Shown here piece by piece: positions 35,735 through 45,792 of a DNA stretch of 64,000 nucleotides. Source of the DNA: Candidatus Eiseniibacteriota bacterium (GTDB taxonomy: Bacteria; Eisenbacteria; RBG-16-71-46; CAIMUX01; VGJL01). The stretch spans positions 1 to 64,000 of the forward strand of contig JBHGAY010000015.1 of assembly GCA_041946735.1 (NCBI GenBank), in the 5' to 3' direction. The translations under genes and the position numbers were made by a program. Under the pieces are notes generated by a model that worked only from the letters and a program-made list of their open reading frames with translations, was not told the DNA's origin and searched no databases. The stretch's first letter is position 1; every line of letters starts with the position of its first letter.

Positions 35735-37903
35735 ATGGAGCCTTCCTCACGACGAAGCCGTCGTCTCGGTGCCGTACTCACGATTCATGCTCGCTGGTTG
35801 CTCGTGCTGCTCACCGCGTGCCCCAATGCTGCAGCCCTCGCGGCGGCCGACGAGGCTGGCAAGACCGAAGAGCCGCGCTCGCGCGTCTTCCTCGCCGACA
35901 CCGTGGAGGTGACCGGGGAGCGCATGCCGGCTGACCCGATGCGCGTCGCGGTCGCCGGCAGCTCCATCCCGGCGTCGGCGCTCGACACGCGGCGGCAGGC
36001 GGGCCTCGACGAAGGGCTCGACTTGGTCCCCGGCGTCCTCGCGCAGAGCCGCGCGGGCGGGGGCGATGTGCGGATCCTGATGCGCGGGTTCGGGGCACGA
36101 GGCAACGGCGACCGGTCGAACGCCGGGACGACGCGCGGCATCCGTGTGCTTCTCGATGGGTTCCCGGTCACCGAGCCGGATGGCCGCACCAGTCTCGACC
36201 TCGCGGACGTCGGCGGCCTCTCGCAGATCCGCGTGCTCCGCTCGAACGCGTCGACGCTCTACGGGTCGGCGTCGGGGGGCGTGATCGACCTCGTCAGCGA
36301 CGTCGCCTTCGAGCATCCCTACGCGGAAGGACGGATCGCCGGCGGCAGCTTCGGCCTGCAGCGCGCGCAGGGGGAGATCGGGACGCGCGCCGGAAGCGCC
36401 CGCATCCTGCTGACCGGCGCCTGGACGAGCTTCGACGGCTGGCGCGAGCACAGCGCGAGCGAGGTGGCGATCGGCGGCCTCGCTATCCGCAGCGACCCAT
36501 CGCCGCGCACCTCGATCGGCCTCTTCCTGCGGGCGGCGCGCAACCGCTTCCGCATGCCGGGGCCGCTGACCGAGGAGCAGCTCGCCGCCGATCCGCGCCA
36601 GGCCGACTCGCTCTACGTCGCGCGAAACGACCGTCGTGACAACCGGATCGGTCGCGTCGGGCTTCGGCTCCGCCAGGCGCTCGGCAGCGGAGAGTCCCAC
36701 TCGATCGTCGCGAGCGCTTTCGTCGAGCCGAAGACGTTGCAGCGTTCCGAACGCGGCCGCTTTCGGGACTTCGAGCGGGTGCATCTCGGCGGCAATCTCC
36801 TGCACTCGCTCGCCTTCACGCTCGGGCGTTCGGGAGCGGTGCCCGCGCGCTGGAACGCCGGCTTCGAGGAGGGCTACCAGGACGGCTCGGCGCGCTTCCA
36901 CGACCTCGGTCCTGGAGGCACGCGCGGCACGACCCTCGTCTCCGACAAGAGGGAGGGGATCGAGACGCAAGGCTTCTACACCGATCTCGCCGTCCGCCCG
37001 TCGGGGCGTCTCGAGCTGGTTGCCGGTGCACGCTACGACCGCCTCCGCTACATCTTCGAGGACTACCAGGACCCCTCGCTCGGAGACGAGCGCACGCTCG
37101 ACGCGCTGAGCCCGCGGCTGAGCGTTTCGTACGAGGCGGGCCGAGGGCAGATGTTCTATGCGGCGCTCTCCGGGGGGATCGAGGCGCCGGCGTTCAATGA
37201 AGTCGACCCCCCGGCGCCGTACGACACGCTGACCGGGCTGAACCCGTTCCTCGATCCCGCGACGTCGGTCACGTACGAGATCGGAACGAAGGGGCGCATT
37301 GGAGGCGACTCCCCGGCGGCGCCGGTGCGCGTCCGCTACGACGTCGCCGCCTACCGGATCGATCTGCGCGACGAGATCGTGCCCTACGACGGTGGTGCCT
37401 ATTACCTGACGGCGGGCAAATCGCGCCGCTACGGATTCGAGGCGGGCATCGACGCGGAGAGCCGCTGGGGGCTGAGCGCGAAGGCGGCGCTGACTGTCCT
37501 CTCGAGTGAGTACCTCCGCTACGAGAACGAGCTGGGGGACTTCGACGGCAATGAGACCTCCGGGATCCCGGGGACGACGCTCACGCTCCTCCTCCGCTAC
37601 GACACCCGGCCCGGCGTCTACGCCGAGGCAAGGCTTCGCACGGTCGGGTCCTACTGGGCGGACGACGCGAACCAGGTCGAGGTGCCGGGCTACGAGCGGA
37701 TCGACTTGACGGTCGGGATGGAGCGGTCGATCGGAGGCTCGCGGGTGGTCGGGATCTTCGCGGGGATCGAAAACCTGGCTGGCGAGGACTACGTCTCCTC
37801 CGCCTTCATCAACGGCACGGGCGGACGCTACTTCGAGCCGGGGATGGAGAGGAACCTGGTTGTCGGCGTCTCGGCGCGAACCGGGCTCGGCGCGGCCGAC
37901 TGA
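35735..37903 (+). CDS. TonB-dependent receptor
   Basis: TonB box DTVEVTG; plug VPGV..MRGFG..GIRVLLDGFP; C-terminal ENL...YFEPGMERN. Confidence 0.93.
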   Translation: MEPSSRRSRRLGAVLTIHARWLLVLLTACPNAAALAAADEAGKTEEPRSRVFLADTVEVTGERMPADPMRVAVAGSSIPASALDTRRQAGLDEGLDLVPGVLAQSRAGGGDVRILMRGFGARGNGDRSNAGTTRGIRVLLDGFPVTEPDGRTSLDLADVGGLSQIRVLRSNASTLYGSASGGVIDLVSDVAFEHPYAEGRIAGGSFGLQRAQGEIGTRAGSARILLTGAWTSFDGWREHSASEVAIGGLAIRSDPSPRTSIGLFLRAARNRFRMPGPLTEEQLAADPRQADSLYVARNDRRDNRIGRVGLRLRQALGSGESHSIVASAFVEPKTLQRSERGRFRDFERVHLGGNLLHSLAFTLGRSGAVPARWNAGFEEGYQDGSARFHDLGPGGTRGTTLVSDKREGIETQGFYTDLAVRPSGRLELVAGARYDRLRYIFEDYQDPSLGDERTLDALSPRLSVSYEAGRGQMFYAALSGGIEAPAFNEVDPPAPYDTLTGLNPFLDPATSVTYEIGTKGRIGGDSPAAPVRVRYDVAAYRIDLRDEIVPYDGGAYYLTAGKSRRYGFEAGIDAESRWGLSAKAALTVLSSEYLRYENELGDFDGNETSGIPGTTLTLLLRYDTRPGVYAEARLRTVGSYWADDANQVEVPGYERIDLTVGMERSIGGSRVVGIFAGIENLAGEDYVSSAFINGTGGRYFEPGMERNLVVGVSARTGLGAAD

Positions 37904-37980
37904 GAGCCGGCCGTCCGGCGGCGGGAGAACGGGAAGAAGAAGCGAGGCGGGAGAGCGTCGCCGCTCCCCCGCCCATCTGG

Positions 37981-38016
37981 CGATCTATCGCGCGCGCGAT
38001 CGCGAGCGATAGATCG
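37981..38016. terminator. Palindromic hairpin between convergent genes
   Basis: Perfect 11-bp stem cgatctatcgc / gcgatagatcg; a second hairpin lies at about 37946-37972; no U-tract. Confidence 0.5.
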
Positions 38017-38024
38017 AGCCGTAG

Positions 38025-38885
38025 CTACGACCGGACCGACTCCGCCTTGTCGCTCGTCTTCGCCGCCGGCCGCTCCGCAGGCTGATGCGTCGAGACGTGC
38101 GCCTGGATCATCTCCGCGAGCCGCGCGTCGTCGATCTTCGCCAGCTTCGCCTGGAGATCGACTGTCTTGCCTTCGCGAGCCGCCGTGTAGCGGACCTTGT
38201 CACCGCTCTTGAATCCTTCGTTCATCAACTTCCCCACCGCTTCCGCGTTCTCCGCGGTGAAAGCGATTCCATTGAGGGAGGTGAGGACGTCGCCGACCTG
38301 GAAGCCGGCCTTCTCCGCCGGGCTGCCTGCGTCGACACGGGTGACGGTCGGCTGACAGGTCCCGTTCGCCGCGCAGATCATCTCGACGCCGAGCCATCCG
38401 TGGTTCGCGTAGTAGGTGCGCAGCATCTGCTCGCAGTCGGCCGTGTTGCTATCGCACACCACGCCGTCATGGCTGCAGACCGCCATCGCGCCCATGTAGG
38501 GGCAGCCGCCACCCGCGTTCGCCTGCGCGCCCGCGCCCTTGCCCGCGCAGCAGGACGATCCGCCGGACGTTTCCATCGCGGTCTTCTCGCCATCGGCGCA
38601 GCCCGAGCCCGCCTTCATCGCTCCCTTCGAGCCCCCGCAGACGGCGCGCGCTTGAGTTCCCTTGGCGTCGCTTCCGGAGCAGACGGGCACGAATTCGGCG
38701 GCGGCCGATGTGGAGCCGGATTGCGTCATCCCGGGGCAGACGGAAGCCTGAGTCGCGGAGCCGGAGCGGTTACAGCTCGCCTTCGACGAGCAATCGGAGA
38801 ACGCGCCGCCCGCGTGGGCGCCCCACGCGGTCAGGCCGGCCAGGGCGACGACCGCGAGCAGACCGGTCAACTTCGTGCTCTTCAT
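38025..38885 (-). CDS. Secreted Cys-rich protein with a PDZ domain
   Basis: Signal peptide ending AHA; many Cys in a low-complexity N-terminal half; GWLGVEM...VDAGSPAEKAGFQVGDVLTSLNG; SD GAGGAGG. Confidence 0.85.
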   Translation of the reverse strand: MKSTKLTGLLAVVALAGLTAWGAHAGGAFSDCSSKASCNRSGSATQASVCPGMTQSGSTSAAAEFVPVCSGSDAKGTQARAVCGGSKGAMKAGSGCADGEKTAMETSGGSSCCAGKGAGAQANAGGGCPYMGAMAVCSHDGVVCDSNTADCEQMLRTYYANHGWLGVEMICAANGTCQPTVTRVDAGSPAEKAGFQVGDVLTSLNGIAFTAENAEAVGKLMNEGFKSGDKVRYTAAREGKTVDLQAKLAKIDDARLAEMIQAHVSTHQPAERPAAKTSDKAESVRS

Positions 38886-39230
38886 CTAGGAATCCTCCTC
38901 GTTGCTTTCGACGTCGGTCGAGGTTCGGGGGGATCGGAACAGATCCCTGGCGGAGATCATACAGTTCATTAGGGGAAGCCCTCAACAGAAGGAGCTTCCC
39001 AACTACCACGACGCGCTGGAACCGCTGGAATCCATACCGGTTCCCGGGATTCTCCTCGGACGCTTGGTAGGATCTCGATCGGCCACACTCTTGGCGCCAG
39101 GAGCCGAGGATCGTTCGGCTGAGGCCAGGACGACACCCCGGATGTAGGGGCGCTGCCGGACGCGCCGGACGTAGGGGTGCCACAGGACGTAGGGGCGCCC
39201 GCCCCATGGCCGACGCCAGCAGGCCCGGAA

Positions 39231-39974
39231 TCAGACCAAGCGATCGTTCGCTTGCGCCGCCGTTGCTTGGCTTTCGACCGCGACTGCGGGTCGCCAGCGC
39301 CGGTAGCGCCAAAGCGTCTCGATCGCTTCGATCCCGTCCTTCGCGCGGATCTTCTTCCCTTCGGCCAGGCGCCGGGGCTCGTAGCGGATCGGCACCTCGT
39401 GGATGCGCTCCCCCATGCGGGCCGTTTTCGCCGTGACTTCCGGGCAGAACTCGAAGCGCTCGCACTGCAGGTCCATCGCCTCGATCAACCGCCGGTCGAC
39501 GAGCTTGTAGCAGGTCGCCTCGTCGGTCAGTCGCAGGCCGTAGAGGATGTTCGCGATCCACGTGAGCACGATCCCGCCGAGGTAGAACGAGAGGGCGGAG
39601 TACTTGCGGTTGCGTTTCTCGAGCCGGCGCGAGCCGTAGACGACGCGGGCCCCGACCCTCTGGGTCTCCTCGATCAGGCGAGCCAGGTCCTCGGGGTGGT
39701 ACTCGAGATCCGCGTCCTGCGGGACGATGAAATCGCCGCTCGCCCGCGCGAGGGCGGTGCGCAGAGCGGCCCCTTTGCCCCGGTTGGTCGGATGACGGAT
39801 CATGAGCACGCGCCCGGCATAGCGCGCGAGGATCTCCGGGGTGTTGTCGCTCGAGGCGTCGTCGACCACCACGATCTCGCGCTCCACGGGAAGGGAAGCG
39901 GAAAGCACCCGGTCCAGCAGAGCGGCGATCGTCCCCTCTTCGTTGTAGACGGGGATCAGGATGCTGAGCTTCAC
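39231..39974 (-). CDS. GT2 polyprenol-phosphate glycosyltransferase (DPM1-like)
   Basis: LSILIPVYNEE, VDDASSD, NRGKGAA, QDADLEYHP, LTDEATCYK. Confidence 0.93.
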   Translation of the reverse strand: MKLSILIPVYNEEGTIAALLDRVLSASLPVEREIVVVDDASSDNTPEILARYAGRVLMIRHPTNRGKGAALRTALARASGDFIVPQDADLEYHPEDLARLIEETQRVGARVVYGSRRLEKRNRKYSALSFYLGGIVLTWIANILYGLRLTDEATCYKLVDRRLIEAMDLQCERFEFCPEVTAKTARMGERIHEVPIRYEPRRLAEGKKIRAKDGIEAIETLWRYRRWRPAVAVESQATAAQANDRLV

Positions 39975-40074
39975 CGGGTCTTCCTCCCTCGCTGCCGCGC
40001 GATCCTCGAGATGGAAGGAGGCACTCGCAGCGCGCCCCGAAAGGATAGCGGGCCGGCGCGCAGGCGGGAAGCCG

Positions 40075-40104
40075 TTGACAGGTTCGGCGATCGGTCCGTA
40101 CCCT
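40075..40104 (+). promoter_or_regulatory. sigma70-type promoter for thrS
   Basis: TTGACA (40075-40080), 18-bp spacer, TACCCT (40099-40104). Confidence 0.6.
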
Positions 40105-40133
40105 TCCGAAAACCTCTTTCAAAGGCTAGAAAC

Positions 40134-41963
40134 ATGCAGGATCAAGAGATCGCGCAACAGGCCCGTGCCCTGGACGAGGCCTCTCGAGAGCTGTACCGCA
40201 TCCGGCACTCGCTCGCGCACGTTCTCGCGCAAGCGGTGCTGGAGATTCGCCCGGGGGCGAAGCTCGGGTTCGGTCCGCCCGTCGAGAACGGGTTCTACTA
40301 CGACTTCGAGTTTCCCGAGCCGATCACCGCCGAGGATCTTCCGAAGCTCGAGAAGCGGATGCGGGAGATTCTGCGCCGCAAGGTCCCGTTCGAGCGCGAG
40401 GAGATGCGGTCGACCGACGCGATCGAAAGGATCGCCGGGTTGGCGCAACCGTTCAAGCTCGAAGCGGCTCGAGATCTGGCCGCGAAGGGGATCGACACGA
40501 TCTCCTTCTACACGAGTGGGCCGTTCCTCGACATGTGCGAGGGCCCGCACGTCGCCGACACCTCCCAGATTCCGGCAGACGCCTTCCGCCTCGACTCGAT
40601 CGCCGGAGCGTATTGGCGCGGCGACGAGAAGAACCCGATGCTCACCCGCATCTACGGCCTCGCCTTCCGGACCAAGGAAGAGCTGGAGGCGTTCATCGAG
40701 CGGCGCCGCATCGCGATGGAGCGCGACCACCGCAAGCTGGGGCGCGAGCTGGACATCTTCGACATCGACGAGGAGGTCGGCAAGGGGCTGATCCTCTGGC
40801 TTCCGAACGGCACGGTGTTGCGCGACGAGGTCGAGAAGCTCGCGAAGGAGGCGGAGTTCCGCTACGGCTACGACCGCGTCGCGACCCCGCACCTCGCGCA
40901 TCAGGAGCTGTATCTGCGCAGCGGGCATCTTCCTTACTACAAGGACAGCATGTTCCCTCCGATGCGCTGGGAAGAGGAGGGGCGTGAAGAGGTCTTCTAC
41001 CTCAAGCCGATGAACTGCCCGCATCATCACATGATCTACCGCAGCCGCCCGCACTCCTACCGCGATCTGCCGCTGCGCCTTGCGGAATACGGGACCTGCT
41101 ATCGTTTCGAGAAGTCCGGAGAGCTGGCCGGCCTGCTGCGGGTGCGCGGCCTGACGATGAACGACGCGCACATCTACTGCACGCATGAGCAGTCGCTCGC
41201 CGAGGCGATCCTCGTCATGCGCCTCTACAAAGAGCTGTACGACGTGTTCGAGCTGAAGAACTTCACACTCCGCCTCTCGACCCACGATCCTGCGAATCGC
41301 GAGAAGTTCCACCCGGACGAAGCGATCTGGACGGAGACCGAGGCGATCTTGCGGCAGGCGCTCGTGCAGGAGGGGATTCCGTTCGAGGAGGGATTCGGCG
41401 AGGCGGCGTTCTACGGGCCGAAGATCGACGTGCAGTTCGAGAACCTGCTCGGCCGTGAGGAAACCGTCTCGACCGTGCAGCTGGACTATATGGCTGCGGA
41501 GAAGTTCGAGCTGCGCTACATCGACGAGCACGGTCAGGAGGCGAAGCCGGCGGTCATCCATCGCGCGCCGCTCTCCACCCACGAGCGGATGTTGTCATTC
41601 CTGATCGAGCACTACGGCGGGGCATTCCCGACCTGGCTCTCTCCGGTGCAAGTGCGGATCGTCACGATCAACGATGATCTATTGCCGCATGCGTACGGCC
41701 TGCGCGACCGCTTGCGGGCCGAGTACGTTCGCGCCGAGGTCGACGATCTGCCCCACTCCTTCAACAAGAAGATCCGCAACGCCTCGATGCAGAAGATTCC
41801 GATCGTGCTGGTGGTCGGGAGGCGCGAGGCGGAGGCCGGTCAGGTCACTGTCCGCCGTTACAAGAGGACAGAGCAACGGACGATGCCGTTCGAGGAGTTC
41901 TTCGCCGAGCTGCGCGAGGAGATCCGGCGGCGGATCCACGTGAAGGGGGAGGAAGGTGACTGA
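40134..41963 (+). CDS. thrS: Threonine-tRNA ligase (no N-terminal TGS domain)
   Basis: IRHSLAHVLA, DMCEGPHV, RDHRKLG, KPMNCP, GLLRVR, AFYGPKID, IHRA. Confidence 0.97.
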   Translation: MQDQEIAQQARALDEASRELYRIRHSLAHVLAQAVLEIRPGAKLGFGPPVENGFYYDFEFPEPITAEDLPKLEKRMREILRRKVPFEREEMRSTDAIERIAGLAQPFKLEAARDLAAKGIDTISFYTSGPFLDMCEGPHVADTSQIPADAFRLDSIAGAYWRGDEKNPMLTRIYGLAFRTKEELEAFIERRRIAMERDHRKLGRELDIFDIDEEVGKGLILWLPNGTVLRDEVEKLAKEAEFRYGYDRVATPHLAHQELYLRSGHLPYYKDSMFPPMRWEEEGREEVFYLKPMNCPHHHMIYRSRPHSYRDLPLRLAEYGTCYRFEKSGELAGLLRVRGLTMNDAHIYCTHEQSLAEAILVMRLYKELYDVFELKNFTLRLSTHDPANREKFHPDEAIWTETEAILRQALVQEGIPFEEGFGEAAFYGPKIDVQFENLLGREETVSTVQLDYMAAEKFELRYIDEHGQEAKPAVIHRAPLSTHERMLSFLIEHYGGAFPTWLSPVQVRIVTINDDLLPHAYGLRDRLRAEYVRAEVDDLPHSFNKKIRNASMQKIPIVLVVGRREAEAGQVTVRRYKRTEQRTMPFEEFFAELREEIRRRIHVKGEEGD

Positions 41964-42282
41964 GACGGGCTGCCGGGCCGCCGCTCGGATATGCCCGTCT
42001 GACCTTCCGCCCGAACCGCCGCTGCACTGATCGCGCCGTCGATTCGAGGAGTGCCGGCCGCACCCTCCTCCCCGCGCCTTGCGGCGTCTCTCCCTCCTCC
42101 CTGCGCTTCCGACGTCTCTTCCTCATCCGTGTCCCGAATCCGTCCACCGCACATCCGCCGGACGTTCGTCCCCCAAGCTCGCGAAAGTGATAGAATTCAC
42201 CGAACGCAAACGCACCCGAGGCCGCTCCGCATCCGGCCTCCTGCGCACCTGCGAGCTTCCACCCTCAGCCGGGAGGTTCTCG

Positions 42283-45200
42283 ATGCCGCGAGCGGTCGGC
42301 CGCCTACTTGCCCTGTTCTGCTTTCTCCTGTTTTCCCTGATGCTTGCGCCCCGCGCGGGGGCGGTGCTGGCGACGCCGGAAGAGATGGAGGCGGTCGCCC
42401 GCAACTGGATGGCCCTCACCGTCCAGCAGGCCGGAGACTGGGGGGGATCGGAGCGGCCGGAGATCGCTGGCATGCGGGAGATCCGCTCGGGAGGACGTCT
42501 TCTCGGGCGCGTGTACTCCATCAGTCCCACCGGTCACATCGCCGTCCCGGTGCTGAAGGAGTTGCCGCCGGTGAAGTGTTACTCCGAGAAGTACGACCTC
42601 GATCCGGGGGAGCCCGACGGCTTCCCGCGCCTGCTCCGCGAGGCCCTCGGCTCGATGCTCGATCTGTACGAGGCGACCTACGGAAGCTTGGACGCGAGCC
42701 AGCCGTCTGGAACGGAGACGCTCCTGGGGGAGGAGCACCGCCAGCAGTGGGATGGCCTGTTGCTCGCCCAGCCGGTCTTCCAGCGGGACCTCGAGGGCGG
42801 GCGCTTCCAGCCGCTCCTGGACTACGGTCCGCTCCTGTCCACCGAATGGCACCAGAGCTTTCCGTACAACCTCCTCTGCCCGCAAGGGGACGGCGGGCAG
42901 TGCGTCGTCGGTTGCGTCGCGACCGCCGCCGCGCAGGTCCTCCGGTACTATCAGTGGCCGCCGATCGGCCTCGGCGAATCCCAGTACTACTGGGAGGGAG
43001 ACGACTCGTGCGGCGGCGGCTCGCAGGGCGACTGGCTCTACGCGGACTTCTCCGACCCGTTCGACTGGCAGAACATGCCGGCAGACTGCGACGGCGGCTG
43101 CACGCAGCAGCAGCGCGCGGCGCTCTCGGAGCTCTGCTACGAGGTCGGCGTGGCGTTCCAGATGGACTACGGGGTTTGTGGCTCCGGCGCGTATACGAGC
43201 GAGGCGATCACCGTCCTGCCCCAATACTTCCGCTACGACGACACGATCACCGAGGAGCGCCGCAACAGCTACTCGGCGTCCGGATGGTCTCAGATGATCC
43301 GGGACGAAGTAGCGGCCGGGCGTCCGATGCTCTACGCATTCCGCTTTAGCGCGAACGAGGGGCACGCGGTGGTCTGCGACGGATGGCGGCTTTCCGGAGG
43401 CGAGGAGCAGTACCACATCAACTACGGCTGGGGCGGGTCGTTCAGCGCCTGGTACGCGATCGATCACCTCTACCATACCGACGATCCCATGCAGGAGGTT
43501 CTGTATCGCGGGATCCGTCCGTCGCCGGGGATGCGCTTCACGGTAGCGCCGGACGGCGGCGGGGATTACGCGACGATCCAGGCCGCGATCGACGTCTCGC
43601 TCGACGGCGACACGATCGAGCTGCTCGACGGCCTCTACAGGGGCGACGGCAACCGCGATCTCGTCTTCGGCGGTCGCGAGATCACTGTTCGCTCGCGCAG
43701 CGATCATCCGGAGGATTGCACGATCGACTGCGAGGGGAATCCCGGCGCCCACCGGGCCTTCCTTTTCACCTCCGGCGAGACGGCGGAGGCGCGCATCCGC
43801 GGTGTCACCATCACCGGCGGCTACCCGGGGATCGGGCAGAGCGGCGGCGCGATCCTCTGCTCCAACGGGGCCTCTCCCGTGATCGAGAACTGCGTCTTCG
43901 AGGGCAACGAGGTCGCGAGCGGGGCGGGCGGCGGAGCGATCGCGTGCGCGGGAGCGGGCGCGAGCCCCCGCCTGGTCTCGTGCACCTTCCGCGGGAATCA
44001 AGCGCAGGGACCGCTCGGAGACGGGGGCGCCGTGGCCGCCAGCGGGGCGGGAAGCGCTCCGCTCCTCGATCGCTGCGTCCTGGTCAGGAACACGGCCGGC
44101 AGGCGCGGCGGCGGAATCTCCGCCTCCTCCGGGGCGCATCCCATCGTCACCGGCTGCACGTTTCATGCGAACGGCGCTGCATCTGCACAGGGGGCGGCCG
44201 TCTGGGTGGGAGCTTCGTCAGCCGTCGACCTGGAACGATCGATCCTCGGTTTCGGCGCTTCAGGCGGCGCCGTCGCGTGCGAAGGGGCGGGTGCCAATCC
44301 GAGCCTCTCCTGCTGCGACGTCTATGGCAACGCGGGAGGGGATTGGGTCGGATGCATCGCGGGGCAGTCGGGAATGGCTGGGAACCTCTGCGCCGATCCG
44401 CTCTACTGCGGGATCGAGCAGGAGAACCTGCGCCTGACGGCGGAATCCCCGTGTGCGGAGGAGAACAACCCCGAATGCGGTGGCATCGGGGCGATGCCGG
44501 CGGGGTGCGGCCTCGTCATCGTCCTGGCTGACGGCACCGGCGACTATCCCACCATTCAGGCGGCGATGGACGCAGCGGAGGCCGGATTCGTGGTGGAGCT
44601 GGGCGACGGCGTCTATCGGGGACCGGGCAACCGCGACCTCGATTTCCGCGGCAAGACGCTGATCGTCCGCTCGCGCAGCGGCGATCCGGATTCGTGCGTG
44701 ATCGACTGCCAAGGGACCGCGGCCGAGAACCATCGGGGTTTCGAGTTCCATTCGGGCGAGGGATCGAACGCCATGGTTTCCGGCCTCACGATCCGCAACG
44801 GATACATGTCCACGTACAGCGGCGGCGGCATCTCGTGCACGAACTCCTCGAACCCGACGATCGAAGCCTGCAACCTGTACGACAACCGCTCGGACGTGGG
44901 CGGGGGCGGCCTCTTCTGTTTCCAGTCGCGCCCCACCATCCGGGACTGTACGTTCGCCGGCAACACGGGGGGGAGCGGCGGAGGCGCGTACCTGAACAGC
45001 GGGAGCCAGCCGATCCGGCTCGACCGGTGCACCTTCTCCGGAAATGCCGCCACTGCATTTGGCGGAGCGGTGTTCTGCTACTACGCCGACCTCGTCGCGG
45101 AGAACTGCATCTTCGCATTCAGTTCCCAGGGCAGCGCCTTCTACTGCTTCTACAGCTCGGTCGATCTGCGGTGCTGCGACGTGTTCGGCAACGTGGGCGG

Positions 45201-45690
45201 GGACTACGCGGCATGCATCGCCGGCGAATCGGGTGCGGATCACAACCTGTCGGTCGACCCCCAGTTCTGCGACCGAGCCGGATACGACTTCGGCCTGATG
45301 CCCGGCTCTCCGTGCAACGACGCGGTCTGCGGCCGCATCGGGGCCTGGCCTGTGGGGTGCGGAGTCATGGACGTGGAGGAAGGGGCGGCAGGACTGTCAG
45401 GACCGCCGCTCGATATCGCGGCCCCCGCGCCGAACCCGTTCGCGAGCGTCGCGAGGATTCCTTGCGCCTTCCGCTCCGCGGAGGCGGGTCGCGTCACGTT
45501 ACGGATCTTCGACGCGAGCGGGCGTAGCGTCCGCCAGCTGATCGACGAAGTCCGGCCGGCGGGACGGTGGATCGCCGAGTGGGACGGTCGCAACGACGCC
45601 GGGGACAGGCTCGCCGCGGGCGTCTATCTCGCGCGCCTCGAGGCGCCGGGCGCGGAGGGGCGATCCGTCCGCATCGTCCTGCTGAAGTGA
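42283..45690 (+). CDS. Secreted C10 (streptopain-like) cysteine peptidase with prodomain, two beta-helix modules and a C-terminal FlgD-Ig-like domain
   Basis: WHQSFPYN, GCVATAAAQV, GHAVVCDG, HINYGWGG; two DG.GDY.TIQAA.D modules; PNPF...IFDASGRSVR...WDGRNDAG..AAGVY. Confidence 0.92.
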   Translation: MPRAVGRLLALFCFLLFSLMLAPRAGAVLATPEEMEAVARNWMALTVQQAGDWGGSERPEIAGMREIRSGGRLLGRVYSISPTGHIAVPVLKELPPVKCYSEKYDLDPGEPDGFPRLLREALGSMLDLYEATYGSLDASQPSGTETLLGEEHRQQWDGLLLAQPVFQRDLEGGRFQPLLDYGPLLSTEWHQSFPYNLLCPQGDGGQCVVGCVATAAAQVLRYYQWPPIGLGESQYYWEGDDSCGGGSQGDWLYADFSDPFDWQNMPADCDGGCTQQQRAALSELCYEVGVAFQMDYGVCGSGAYTSEAITVLPQYFRYDDTITEERRNSYSASGWSQMIRDEVAAGRPMLYAFRFSANEGHAVVCDGWRLSGGEEQYHINYGWGGSFSAWYAIDHLYHTDDPMQEVLYRGIRPSPGMRFTVAPDGGGDYATIQAAIDVSLDGDTIELLDGLYRGDGNRDLVFGGREITVRSRSDHPEDCTIDCEGNPGAHRAFLFTSGETAEARIRGVTITGGYPGIGQSGGAILCSNGASPVIENCVFEGNEVASGAGGGAIACAGAGASPRLVSCTFRGNQAQGPLGDGGAVAASGAGSAPLLDRCVLVRNTAGRRGGGISASSGAHPIVTGCTFHANGAASAQGAAVWVGASSAVDLERSILGFGASGGAVACEGAGANPSLSCCDVYGNAGGDWVGCIAGQSGMAGNLCADPLYCGIEQENLRLTAESPCAEENNPECGGIGAMPAGCGLVIVLADGTGDYPTIQAAMDAAEAGFVVELGDGVYRGPGNRDLDFRGKTLIVRSRSGDPDSCVIDCQGTAAENHRGFEFHSGEGSNAMVSGLTIRNGYMSTYSGGGISCTNSSNPTIEACNLYDNRSDVGGGGLFCFQSRPTIRDCTFAGNTGGSGGGAYLNSGSQPIRLDRCTFSGNAATAFGGAVFCYYADLVAENCIFAFSSQGSAFYCFYSSVDLRCCDVFGNVGGDYAACIAGESGADHNLSVDPQFCDRAGYDFGLMPGSPCNDAVCGRIGAWPVGCGVMDVEEGAAGLSGPPLDIAAPAPNPFASVARIPCAFRSAEAGRVTLRIFDASGRSVRQLIDEVRPAGRWIAEWDGRNDAGDRLAAGVYLARLEAPGAEGRSVRIVLLK

Positions 45691-45792
45691 GTCGGTGGAG
45701 GCGCAGCGGCGGGTCGGCTCGTGCCTTGCGCCCGACGGCCCTCGGCGAGCGAGGGACGGGGAGGCGCTAAGCCTCCCCGTCGTGTTCGGCGC

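Noticed and set aside
32375..37903. Lasso peptide cluster (AsnB-like cyclase plus TonB receptor)
   Set aside because: No precursor peptide, RRE or B2 protease gene was seen nearby.
39177..40133. N-terminal extension of the thrS ORF, or a T-box leader
   Set aside because: The extension overlaps the opposite-strand GT2 gene, and the promoter lies only about 30 nt from the ATG at 40134, leaving no room for a T-box.
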